NCBI GenBank assembly: GCA_036496745.1
Contig: DASXKQ010000250.1
Coordinates: 4,684-68,683, forward strand
DNA: 64,000 nucleotides
Source of the DNA: Polyangiaceae bacterium
GTDB lineage: Bacteria; Myxococcota_A; Polyangia; Polyangiales; Polyangiaceae
Direction: 5' to 3'
Position numbers and translations under genes: made by a program. Below are positions 10,047 through 17,143 of the stretch, in pieces (position 1 is the stretch's first letter; each line of letters begins with the position of its first letter). The notes under the pieces were generated by a model, which saw only the letters and a program-made list of their open reading frames with translations, made no database searches and was not told where the DNA came from.

Positions 10047-10911
10047 TGCAAATCCTTTCGCCCACAGCGCTGTCTCCGAGGACGGGCAGTCGAGCGCGTA
10101 GTTTGTGCTTGGTGCGCACTTCGAGCTGCCGCGCGCGTTCCCGCGAGATGCCGAAGTGTCGCGCAATTTGCGCCAGTGATAGCTCCAATGCCGCGTCAGC
10201 CATCAAACGATGCTCGGCGATGTACCGCTCCCGCGGATCGAGTTCCGCGATGGCGCGTGCAATCGCACGGGCCAGACTTTCATGAAGCCGATGTTCGGAC
10301 AATCCCTGTTCAGGATTGTCGGCAGCGGGCAGGCGATCGATCAGCCGAATCGAGCCGGGATACTCCGAACCCGCGTCGAGGGAGATGTCACGACTGACCA
10401 CGCGCATCATCATTGTGCCTACTTCTTCAGTCGAAGTGCCGAGCCGTTCGGCCACCATCAGGTCCGCGGCTTCGCCCTCGCCGAGTGCATTGGCGGCCCG
10501 TATGCGCTCCCGACGGAGCTTGAAAAACACGCGCGAGCGCAGCGCGCCTCCGCCGCCTACCAGGCTCCACGACTTCAACACATGGCTGATAATGCAGGCG
10601 CGGATCCAGTGCGTCGCGTACGTCGCGAAACGCACGCCGCGTTCCGGGTCGAACTTGATCAGCGCCTGAGCGATTCCAAAATTACCTTCCGCGATCAGCT
10701 CACCCAGCGAAAGGCCGTAGCCGCGATACCTACGTGCTATCGCAACTACACAACGCAAATGTGCGCGCGCCAGGGTGTCTGCTGCGCCCGTGTCTCCGTC
10801 ATCCTTGTAGCGGCGCGCTAGCCCCAGCTCTTCCTCCCGCGTCAGCACCGGCGTCCGAATGGCCTCTGACAGGCAATCGACGAGGTCATGAGCGGCACGA
10901 CCTGGAGTCAT
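10039..10911 (-). CDS. RpoH/sigma-32-like RNA polymerase sigma factor (paralog 2)
   Basis: PVLTREEE (region 1.2), HLRCVVAIARRYRGYGLSLGELIAEGNFG, KFDPERGVRFATYATHWIRA, FFKLRR, SLAQIARHFGISRERARQLE. Its stop overlaps the exbB start. Confidence 0.92.
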   Translation of the reverse strand: MTPGRAAHDLVDCLSEAIRTPVLTREEELGLARRYKDDGDTGAADTLARAHLRCVVAIARRYRGYGLSLGELIAEGNFGIAQALIKFDPERGVRFATYATHWIRACIISHVLKSWSLVGGGGALRSRVFFKLRRERIRAANALGEGEAADLMVAERLGTSTEEVGTMMMRVVSRDISLDAGSEYPGSIRLIDRLPAADNPEQGLSEHRLHESLARAIARAIAELDPRERYIAEHRLMADAALELSLAQIARHFGISRERARQLEVRTKHKLRARLPVLGDSAVGERICNG

Positions 10912-11012
10912 TAACTTCGGCCTTTCGAGAATGAATGCGAAATCGCACACATATTCCGGTCCTATCAGACAGCGATCCCGCTCACCCTCACGTCCGCCGT
11001 CCACCGACGGAA

Positions 11013-11048
11013 CGTTCAAACAAAAGAAAAGATTCTCCTTTTTGAACG
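11013..11048. promoter_or_regulatory. Candidate operator: 8-bp inverted repeat CGTTCAAA-N20-TTTGAACG in the AT-rich divergent spacer
   Basis: Perfect inverted repeat read directly from the sequence, between the divergent sigma-2/TonB operon and the ECF operon. Function is inferred. Confidence 0.4.
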
Positions 11049-11083
11049 CCTGCCGGCCCGAAAGGCGGATAGAGATACGGCCG

Positions 11084-12025
11084 GTGAGTCTCATCCGACA
11101 CAACGCGCACGAACGAGCCCGCCGGCGGGCGAGTGCGCTGGCGTTCGGGTGCCAGGCATTCGTCGCCTCCCGTCTTGCTCACGCCGAGTGCCGCGTCGAT
11201 TTGGTTGAGCCCGTGAGTCCGGCCTGGCGGCATGCAGCGGTCGAGCTCCAACAGAAGTTCGAGACGGATCCCGGCGCGGGGAATTGCGCGAGTGTGGCCG
11301 TGGAAGCACGAGAGGGTGGGGTGAGGCTCACCTTCCAGACGCGCGACGGTCGTACCGTTCAGCGCCAAATCCAGGATCCCGTCGAGCTCATTCCGACCGT
11401 CGAGTCACTGAGCACTGAAGCTCCGCTGCCTTCTGCGCGGCTGCCGACCGGACCGGTCCCGGCGCTCGCTCCCGCGCCTGCCCACGCTCTTCCGGCGGCG
11501 CCGCCGTCCGATGTGCCGCGAGCCCCGTACGCCATCAATCCCGTCTATGGTGCGGAGCTAGGAGTACGGGCGGGCGCGGACCATCTCATCAGCCCCTGCA
11601 TCGGCCCATTCGGTGCGATACCGGTCGGGCCCTGGGAGCTTGGTATCCTGGCACGCTATGAGGGGCATTACGTCAGCACGCTCGGCGGTAATGAAGGCGC
11701 TCCCAAAACGGCCAGCTTGGCCTTCGGCGTAACAGCGGGTCGTCGCATCCCCATCGCGATGTTCGTGTTACGCGCCGGCGTGCTGGGCGTTCTGGCGGCT
11801 GTCCACGAGGATCATTACGCCGCAGTCGATCGAGATCGCGCCGAGGGTCGCCTCGGTGGGTTCGTGGGCTCCGTGTGGCCAGCGCACACGACCGTCCGCC
11901 TGCGTGCGGATTTGGCGTTCGAGGTCGTCCCGTACAGCATTGGGCACTCGGAGACGAACGCGACTGGAGCTTACAGTTTACCTTGGTGGGGCGTAGCGTC
12001 CACCGTAGGAGTGGAGCTCCAATGA
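11084..12025 (+). CDS. Putative secreted/outer-membrane partner of the ECF-FecR module
   Basis: Probable GTG start with a signal peptide ending LAHA; Pro/Ala linker; C-terminal alternating beta-strand pattern. Start site uncertain (ORF is open from 10931). Confidence 0.65.
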   Translation: MSLIRHNAHERARRRASALAFGCQAFVASRLAHAECRVDLVEPVSPAWRHAAVELQQKFETDPGAGNCASVAVEAREGGVRLTFQTRDGRTVQRQIQDPVELIPTVESLSTEAPLPSARLPTGPVPALAPAPAHALPAAPPSDVPRAPYAINPVYGAELGVRAGADHLISPCIGPFGAIPVGPWELGILARYEGHYVSTLGGNEGAPKTASLAFGVTAGRRIPIAMFVLRAGVLGVLAAVHEDHYAAVDRDRAEGRLGGFVGSVWPAHTTVRLRADLAFEVVPYSIGHSETNATGAYSLPWWGVASTVGVELQ

Positions 12026-12068
12026 GGAAGACGTTTTCTGCCCGACAGCAGCGCAGCCAGGAGCTTGC

Positions 12069-12643
12069 TTGAAACGCGCTCTGATCGCGCAGCCGCCGCA
12101 GTCGGACGCGGAGTTGGTCGTTCTGGTGGCCCAAGGCAATCTCGAAGCATTGGGCGAGTTGTTCGATCGCTACCAAGCTTTGGTTCGGCAGTTCGTCGCG
12201 CGTCTCGGCGTCAACATCGGCGACCTCGACGATCTCACCCAATCGACTTTTCTGGAAGTGATCCCCGCGGCTCCCCGTTTCGACACGGCGCTTCCCGTCA
12301 AGAATTGGCTATTCGGAATCGCTGTGATCCTCGTTCGTCGACATCGGCGCTCGTTGTCGCGTGCCGCAGCCAGACTTTTGACGTGGGGGCGCTTAACGTT
12401 TCCCGAAGCGTCGCCGTCGCCCGCGGCCGATTTCGACCGGGGTGAGGACCTGCGCCGCTTTCAAGCTGCGTTGAACCGTCTTTCGCCCAAGAAGCTCGAA
12501 GTATTCACGCTCGTGACGCTGGAGGGGTTCAGCAGTGAGGCAGTGGCGAGCATCCTCGATATCCCGGTCACCACCGTGCGCACGCGCGTCTTCACCACGC
12601 GAGGCTCGAGCTTCGCGCCTCCGTCGAGGAGGGGGAGCTATGA
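12069..12643 (+). pseudogene. ECF sigma-70 factor with an apparent frameshift near 12583-12593 (real lesion or assembly error)
   Basis: AGGAG then TTG start; SDAELV, LDDLTQSTF, WLFGIA, LSPKKLEVFTL..LEG, ILDIPVTTVRTR. The expected tail HHARLELRASVEEGEL* continues in another frame and ends in a TGA overlapping the anti-sigma ATG. Confidence 0.85.
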
Positions 12644-13761
12644 ATCGGAAAGCTTGCTCCAGGATTTGGCAAGTCGAGGCTGCGTTCGACGGCGGTCTGT
12701 CGCGCGCCGACACCGCTTCTTTCGAGCGGCATGCCGCGAGTTGCGAGGAGTGCTCCGTGGAGCGAGCAGCGCTCCTGCGACTGCAAGCGCTGGCCAAACG
12801 CCTCCCGAGCGTTCCAGACTCGCCGCTGCGCCGCCGCGGGCTCCACATCGAGGTCTTACGCCGCGCGAACGAATTGACGGTCGGCCCGCAGCGCCGCTGG
12901 GTTCCGCATCCGAGAGTTTGGGGGGCTCTTGCGTGCACGGTAGCCGCCCTATTTTTGGCGTTGCATCTCTCGGGTTGGCGTCGCTCAAGCGCCGTGTCCG
13001 CTGGGCCTTCGTTCGATTTGGTCGCGACGCCCCATAGCAACTGGCAGGTAAGTCAGCAGGGGCCGTCGCTCCGGCTCGCGCTGCAGAGCGGCTCATTCTC
13101 CTTCGCCGTCCGCAAGCTGAAGGCGGGTCAACGCTTCGTTCTTGCCCTGCCAGACGGCGAGCTTGAAGTGCACGGCACGCATTTCACGATAGATGTCAGC
13201 GAGAAACAGACTCGGCGCGTCGCTGTCCAAGATGGTGTCGTCACGCTGCGCTTTGCGGGGCAAACAGAGTTGACGTTGCGGGAGGGGGAGTCTTGGCCGC
13301 CCGCGTCCATCAGCAACGTTCCCCAGACGGCGGAGTCCGCGGCCGTCGGCTTGCCGCCCGGGCAAACCGCACTGCCCCTTGTGCTTGCACCGCGCTCAAC
13401 CGACCCAGCGCCGCCCCTGCACGGCAAGACCAGCGGCAATCCTGCGCCATCCGCAAACCTCGCTCTCACTAAACCCGCGGCTAGTGGGGACGCACCTGTA
13501 TCGAGCGCGGCGGAGGACTTTGCCCGAGCAATGGCCGTGTTCTCGCGTGGAGACTACGGCACGGCAGAGCCCCTCCTGAGCGCCTTCGAGGCGCGTTATC
13601 CGCACAGTGCGCACAATGAAGATGTACTGTTTCTGAGAGCGCTTGCGCGAGGCCGCCGCGGCGACCAGGTCGGAGCTCGCGCGTTAGCCGAAGAGTACGT
13701 TCGTCTCTATCCAAAGGGCTTCCGCGCGGAGGAGGCTCGGAAGATGGCTCGTGAGAATTGA
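12640..13761 (+). CDS. FecR-domain anti-sigma factor with zinc-binding HxxxCxxC and C-terminal TPR-like helices
   Basis: RHAASCEEC, a single TM, LQSGSFSFAVRK..QRFVL..ELEVHGTHFTI..VAVQDGVV (FecR), and a C-terminal helical repeat (FEARYPHS..EDVLFL..YVRLYPKG). Confidence 0.88.
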   Translation: MNRKACSRIWQVEAAFDGGLSRADTASFERHAASCEECSVERAALLRLQALAKRLPSVPDSPLRRRGLHIEVLRRANELTVGPQRRWVPHPRVWGALACTVAALFLALHLSGWRRSSAVSAGPSFDLVATPHSNWQVSQQGPSLRLALQSGSFSFAVRKLKAGQRFVLALPDGELEVHGTHFTIDVSEKQTRRVAVQDGVVTLRFAGQTELTLREGESWPPASISNVPQTAESAAVGLPPGQTALPLVLAPRSTDPAPPLHGKTSGNPAPSANLALTKPAASGDAPVSSAAEDFARAMAVFSRGDYGTAEPLLSAFEARYPHSAHNEDVLFLRALARGRRGDQVGARALAEEYVRLYPKGFRAEEARKMAREN

Positions 13762-13859
13762 TTGGGCCTCAAAACACCACGCTGTCCTCCGGACATGCGT
13801 CTGGCCTCAGCGACGCGCGTCCAGCACCTGTTGCGGTTCCCACACGCTTCTCGATAACG

Positions 13860-14340
13860 TCAGTGCCCGGCCCGGAAGATCGGCCACGCGATCTCCGTGC
13901 GCCACAACATGGAGTCCGAGGTATTGAAGCCGTCGACGAGATAGTACTCGCGCACAGGTCCATCGACGCCGACCTCGTGCTCGGCGACGTACGTGCCAAG
14001 CGCTGCGTACGTCCGATCCACATCCGTGTGAGCGAACCGCAATCGCCAGCTCGGCCGCGGGAACGACCAGCGGCCGCGTACGGCCCACGGCACTCGCCGT
14101 TCCCGCTGCGGACACAAAGACGGTCGCGTCGCCCTCTCCATTCATGAACACCTCGGTCGACCAGAGAGCGCCGGAGGGACCCGCCGCCTTCAAGCCCTGT
14201 GAGCGGAGCCCGTCGTAGAGCTCGGCTTAGCCGGGGTGCATCCAAGCCGCGACCTCCTGCACACGGATGCGATCCGAGAGATGGCAAGCGTAGAAGCTTG
14301 CGGCACGGCTCGTTGCTCCACAGCGATTCGTGCCACCGGC
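13860..14340 (-). pseudogene. Decayed GyrI-like effector-binding domain (MerR-family regulator C-terminus)
   Basis: Consecutive fragments in different frames: IAVEQRAVPQASTLAIS / DRIRVQEVAAWMHPG*AELYDGLRSQGLKAAGPSG..VVPAAELAIAV / HTDVDRTYAALGTYVAEHEVGVDGPVREYYLV..WRTEIAWPIF. No N-terminal HTH is present. Confidence 0.75.
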
Positions 14341-14505
14341 GCGGAGCCCGACGACCGCCGACGTTCAATCGTCGGCGACTCGTCGGCAGCCTTGACTGCG
14401 TTACTCAACAATCGCCGCGTTGCTGATCGGCGATGCCAACGATTTCGCTTCGGTGCACGAGGAGGGACTTGAACCCCCACGCCTTGCGGCGCCGGAACCT
14501 AAATC
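14340..14505. repeat. Direct repeat copy 1 (att-like): tRNA-Leu 3' 52 nt plus ~113 nt of downstream flank
   Basis: Matches 15967-16131 except for a 1-nt indel (gagcccgac vs gagccgac) and one substitution (ggcagcctt vs ggcaacctt). Confidence 0.95.
14454..14505 (-). other. Truncated tRNA-Leu 3' fragment (anticodon loop to discriminator); att remnant
   Basis: Identical to 16080-16131; lacks the D-arm and the 5' acceptor strand. Confidence 0.93.
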
Positions 14506-14518
14506 GGGGGCGCTTGGC

Positions 14519-14553
14519 GCGAACGGCTGCGAACGGCTGCGAACGGCTGCGAA
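14519..14553. repeat. Tandem 10-bp repeat (GCGAACGGCT x3.5)
   Basis: Read directly from the sequence; begins 13 bp inside the att fragment. Confidence 0.9.
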
Positions 14554-14579
14554 TGAGCGCATTTCTTGATCGCGGATGC

Positions 14580-14599
14580 GCTCGTTGGGGCTCGTTGGG
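14580..14599. repeat. Tandem 10-bp repeat (GCTCGTTGGG x2)
   Basis: Read directly from the sequence. Confidence 0.8.
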
Positions 14600-14637
14600 A
14601 GCGGTTGCCGACGATATTTCGACGATTGACAACGCCG

Positions 14638-14916
14638 TTAGGCGACCTGCAGAAGCTTCACCTTGAGGGCCTTCGACGCCTTCGCGAGAGTCGCCAGCGT
14701 GACACCCGTGTCGTGCGGGTCGAGCAGCCGGTGAACGACCGTGCGGCTGGTCCGCATGGCCTTGGCCAGCTCCACTTGGGTCATTTTTTGTCGCGTCATC
14801 GCTCGCTCGATCTTCGCGGCCAAGAGCTTCTTCTGAGTCAGAAGCTCGACCTCCTCGCGCTCGCCTAGTTCCTCGAAGAGTGAGTCGAGGGTCGAACCGA
14901 TGTACTTCTTCTTCAT
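14638..14916 (-). CDS. XRE/Cro-like HTH antitoxin (HigA-like)
   Basis: YIGSTLDSLFEE, MTQVELAKAMRTSRTVVHRLLDP..VTLATLAK. Starts 1 nt after the toxin stop. Confidence 0.88.
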   Translation of the reverse strand: MKKKYIGSTLDSLFEELGEREEVELLTQKKLLAAKIERAMTRQKMTQVELAKAMRTSRTVVHRLLDPHDTGVTLATLAKASKALKVKLLQVA

Positions 14917-14917
14917 G

Positions 14918-15268
14918 TTAGGTCTCCGCGTCTTTCATCCGTCGGCGAGCAAGATCGAGATCCGACTTGGGTGTCTTCTGGCTCTTCTTGTGGAAGCCGT
15001 GCAGGAGCACCATCGTGGAACGGTCCAAGCAGAACAGAACCCGATAGATGTTGCCGTCCAGGTTGCTGCGAACCTCGAATAGCCCCGCGCCGAACCCATC
15101 CACGAGAGGCTTGCCGATCGGCCACGACCATTGCACTTGACCGATGTCCGCCCCAATTTCTTTGCGAACCGCCGGAGACAGCGATCTGATCCAATCCCGA
15201 ACCGGCTCGTTGCCGGTCGGCGTTTGGTAGAATCTGCATTCGAGCGTCGGCTTCTTGCGTGCGGCCAC
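14918..15268 (-). CDS. Type II toxin, RelE/ParE superfamily (Gp49/HigB-like)
   Basis: FYQTPTGNEPVRDWI, GLFEVRSNL..IYRVLF, MVLLHGFHKKSQKTPKSDLDLARRR. Toxin-before-antitoxin gene order. Confidence 0.92.
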   Translation of the reverse strand: MAARKKPTLECRFYQTPTGNEPVRDWIRSLSPAVRKEIGADIGQVQWSWPIGKPLVDGFGAGLFEVRSNLDGNIYRVLFCLDRSTMVLLHGFHKKSQKTPKSDLDLARRRMKDAET

Positions 15269-15277
15269 ACTTCGCTG

Positions 15278-15306
15278 ATTGTACCGAAAAAGGTACAGAT
15301 ACGCAA
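15278..15306 (-). promoter_or_regulatory. Sigma70-type promoter of the TA operon (TTGCGT-N17-TACAAT) overlapped by the palindrome TGTACC-N6-GGTACA
   Basis: On the minus strand, -35 is at 15306-15301 and -10 at 15283-15278. The palindrome spans 15280-15297; the GTG start is at 15268. Confidence 0.75.
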
Positions 15307-15381
15307 GCGCGATCGGTCGATGACTCGTTGGAAACTCGCTGCGCCAAGCTCGAAGGCCTGCGCGATGATACTCTCTTGGGG

Positions 15382-15939
15382 ATGAGCGAGTCGCGGGAAA
15401 TCCAGCTCATAGGCGATGCGCACGTGCGGCCGTTGCGCGATGACGAGGTAGACGAGGCGTACGGCGTCTACCTCGAAGCGGTGGGATGGCTGCGGTGCGC
15501 TGGCATTCGACAGTGGATGACGGCGATGCCGCGAGCGCGCTTCGACGCTCGGCAAGATCATGACGAGAACTTCGGGTGGTTCGTTAGCGGAGAGCTCGCG
15601 GCGATTTTCTCGATCGTCCGAGAGGTGACGGCGCACTGGCAACACGTGCTCGCGGGCGATGAGCCGCGCCCTTGGCTGAGCACACTCGTCATGGCAGCTC
15701 CATTTCGCGGTTCCGGCCTCGGAGCGTATGTAGTGACAAGCGCGCTCAAGGTGCTGCATGCGCAGGGGGAACCGACCGCGTATTTGGATTGTTCGGACGC
15801 TGGATTCTTGCCGGATTTCTACCAGCGACTCGGCTTCCGAGTGCTCGATCGCAAGAGCGTCACGTACGCGAGCGGCGACACCTATCCAATGGTGCTCATG
15901 AGTCGGAACCTTGACAACTTGGCTCATCCCGCTGCATGA
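15382..15939 (+). CDS. GNAT family N-acetyltransferase
   Basis: Motif A (LSTLVMAAPFRGSGLG) and motif B (YLDC..LPDFYQRLGF). Confidence 0.85.
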   Translation: MSESREIQLIGDAHVRPLRDDEVDEAYGVYLEAVGWLRCAGIRQWMTAMPRARFDARQDHDENFGWFVSGELAAIFSIVREVTAHWQHVLAGDEPRPWLSTLVMAAPFRGSGLGAYVVTSALKVLHAQGEPTAYLDCSDAGFLPDFYQRLGFRVLDRKSVTYASGDTYPMVLMSRNLDNLAHPAA

Positions 15940-15966
15940 GCTCATCCCCGAGCTCAACAAATTGAA

Positions 15967-16131
15967 CGCGGAGCCGACGACCGCCGACGTTCAATCGTCG
16001 GCGACTCGTCGGCAACCTTGACTGCGTTACTCAACAATCGCCGCGTTGCTGATCGGCGATGCCAACGATTTCGCTTCGGTGCACGAGGAGGGACTTGAAC
16101 CCCCACGCCTTGCGGCGCCGGAACCTAAATC
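15967..16131. repeat. Direct repeat copy 2 (overlaps the intact tRNA-Leu 3' half)
   Basis: See copy 1. Contains the nested hairpin CCGACGA-CC-GCCGACG-TTCAAT-CGTCGGC-GAC-TCGTCGG (15974-16012). Confidence 0.95.
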
Positions 16132-16161
16132 CGGTGCGTCTGCCAATTCCGCCACTCGTGC
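16080..16161 (-). tRNA. trnL-TAG: tRNA-Leu (anticodon TAG); CCA not encoded
   Basis: GCACGAG/CTCGTGC acceptor stem, TGGCGGAATTGGCAGACGC D-arm, CCGGA-TTTAGGT-TCCGG anticodon arm, long variable arm CGCC-GCAA-GGCG, and GGTTCAAGTCC T-arm. Confidence 0.97.
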
Positions 16162-16260
16162 CAGCATGTTTGCCGTCCGCGTTAGGGGTACCGCGACGAA
16201 CGCGGCTCGTCCACCGCTATCGATTGCGGAGATTCACGTGGGTTCGCTCGTGGGCGCCGC

Positions 16261-16617
16261 TTACTCGACACCGAGTAGTTCGACTTCGAACAGGAGCGTC
16301 GCGTTCGGCGGGATCACGCCGCCCGCGCCGCGCGCGCCGTAGCCGAGTTCAGGCGGAATCAAGAGCGTGCGTTTGCCGCCGATGTTCATCGACGCCACGC
16401 CCTCGTCCCAGCCGCGAATGACGCGCCCTTTGCCGAGCGGGAACGAGAAGGGTCGCCCACGGTCGAGCGAGCTGTCGAATTTGGTGCCCTTAACGCCGTC
16501 TTGCCAGAGCCAACCGGTGTAGTGCATCACGCAGGTCTGACCCGCCTGCGGTGCTGCGCCACTACCTACCAACGTGTCTTCGTAGCCGAGCCCGCTCGGG
16601 CTTGTCGTCATCGCCAT
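16261..16617 (-). CDS. FKBP-type peptidyl-prolyl cis-trans isomerase
   Basis: [57 protein letters not shown]. Confidence 0.97.
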   Translation of the reverse strand: MAMTTSPSGLGYEDTLVGSGAAPQAGQTCVMHYTGWLWQDGVKGTKFDSSLDRGRPFSFPLGKGRVIRGWDEGVASMNIGGKRTLLIPPELGYGARGAGGVIPPNATLLFEVELLGVE

Positions 16618-16697
16618 CAGCTCCCCTTATCACCGTGGTGCTGCGGCAGAAAGGTGCGCTTGCAAAGGCCCGGACACCATGGTCGATTCCGTCGCCC

Positions 16698-17138
16698 ATG
16701 TCGGACGCGCGCCCTTCATTGGCTGAGCTGGTGAGGCTCGCGCTCGGGGTTCGCTTCTTGCGCTTCGCGGTCGTGGGCACGAGCAACGCCATCCTGAGCT
16801 TCGCCGTGTTTTGGCTCGTATTCCATGAGCTGCCCGCGCTCTCGGCGCGCGCCGGCATCGCGCAACTTTCGAGCTACGCCATCGGCACGGGCTGGAGCTA
16901 TTTCTGGAACCGACGCTGGACGTTCGCGAGCAATCAGAACGTGGCGCGCGAAGCCACCCGCTTTGTCGCGCTGCAGGGCATCTTTGCAGGGCTGAGCTCG
17001 CTCCTAATGTACCTGGCGGTCGACCGTTCTGGGCTGCCCAAAGTCGAGTCTTGGCTCATGGTCATCGCGCTGGTCACGATCCTCAACTTCTTTTTTTCGC
17101 GCTATTGGGTTTTCAAGCCGCCCGCGGCGCACGCGTGA
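16698..17138 (+). CDS. GtrA family protein (putative polyprenyl-phosphate-sugar flippase)
   Basis: RFLRFAVVG, SYFWNRRWTF, LNFFFSRYWVF; about 146 aa with 4 TMs. Confidence 0.92.
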   Translation: MSDARPSLAELVRLALGVRFLRFAVVGTSNAILSFAVFWLVFHELPALSARAGIAQLSSYAIGTGWSYFWNRRWTFASNQNVAREATRFVALQGIFAGLSSLLMYLAVDRSGLPKVESWLMVIALVTILNFFFSRYWVFKPPAAHA

Positions 17139-17143
17139 ATCAC

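Larger units (their letters stand above)
14340..16131. mobile_element. Integrase-less genomic islet (~1.63-kb unit) integrated at tRNA-Leu(TAG)
   Basis: Bounded by ~165-bp direct repeats that include the tRNA 3' 52 nt. Cargo is a toxin, an antitoxin and a GNAT; no recombinase ORF. Confidence 0.8.

Noticed and set aside
10912-11083. Cobalamin or other riboswitch, or a Fur box, upstream of the TonB operon
   Set aside because: I found no B12-box/GCCACTG core and no GATAATGATAATCATTATC-like site by eye.
12583-12600. Programmed -1 ribosomal frameshift in the ECF sigma
   Set aside because: There is no X_XXY_YYZ slippery heptamer or obvious stimulator. An indel (real or assembly) is simpler.
14454-14505. 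Second tRNA-Leu gene
   Set aside because: Only the 3' 52 nt are present, with no D-arm or 5' acceptor strand. It is an att remnant.
14519-14599. CRISPR array
   Set aside because: The units are 10 bp, directly tandem with no spacers, and there are no cas genes.
14935-15960. 341-aa minus-strand ORF as a possible hidden integrase
   Set aside because: It has no R-H-R-H/W-Y or serine-recombinase motifs. It is a shadow of the GNAT (antisense) and the toxin (alternative frame).
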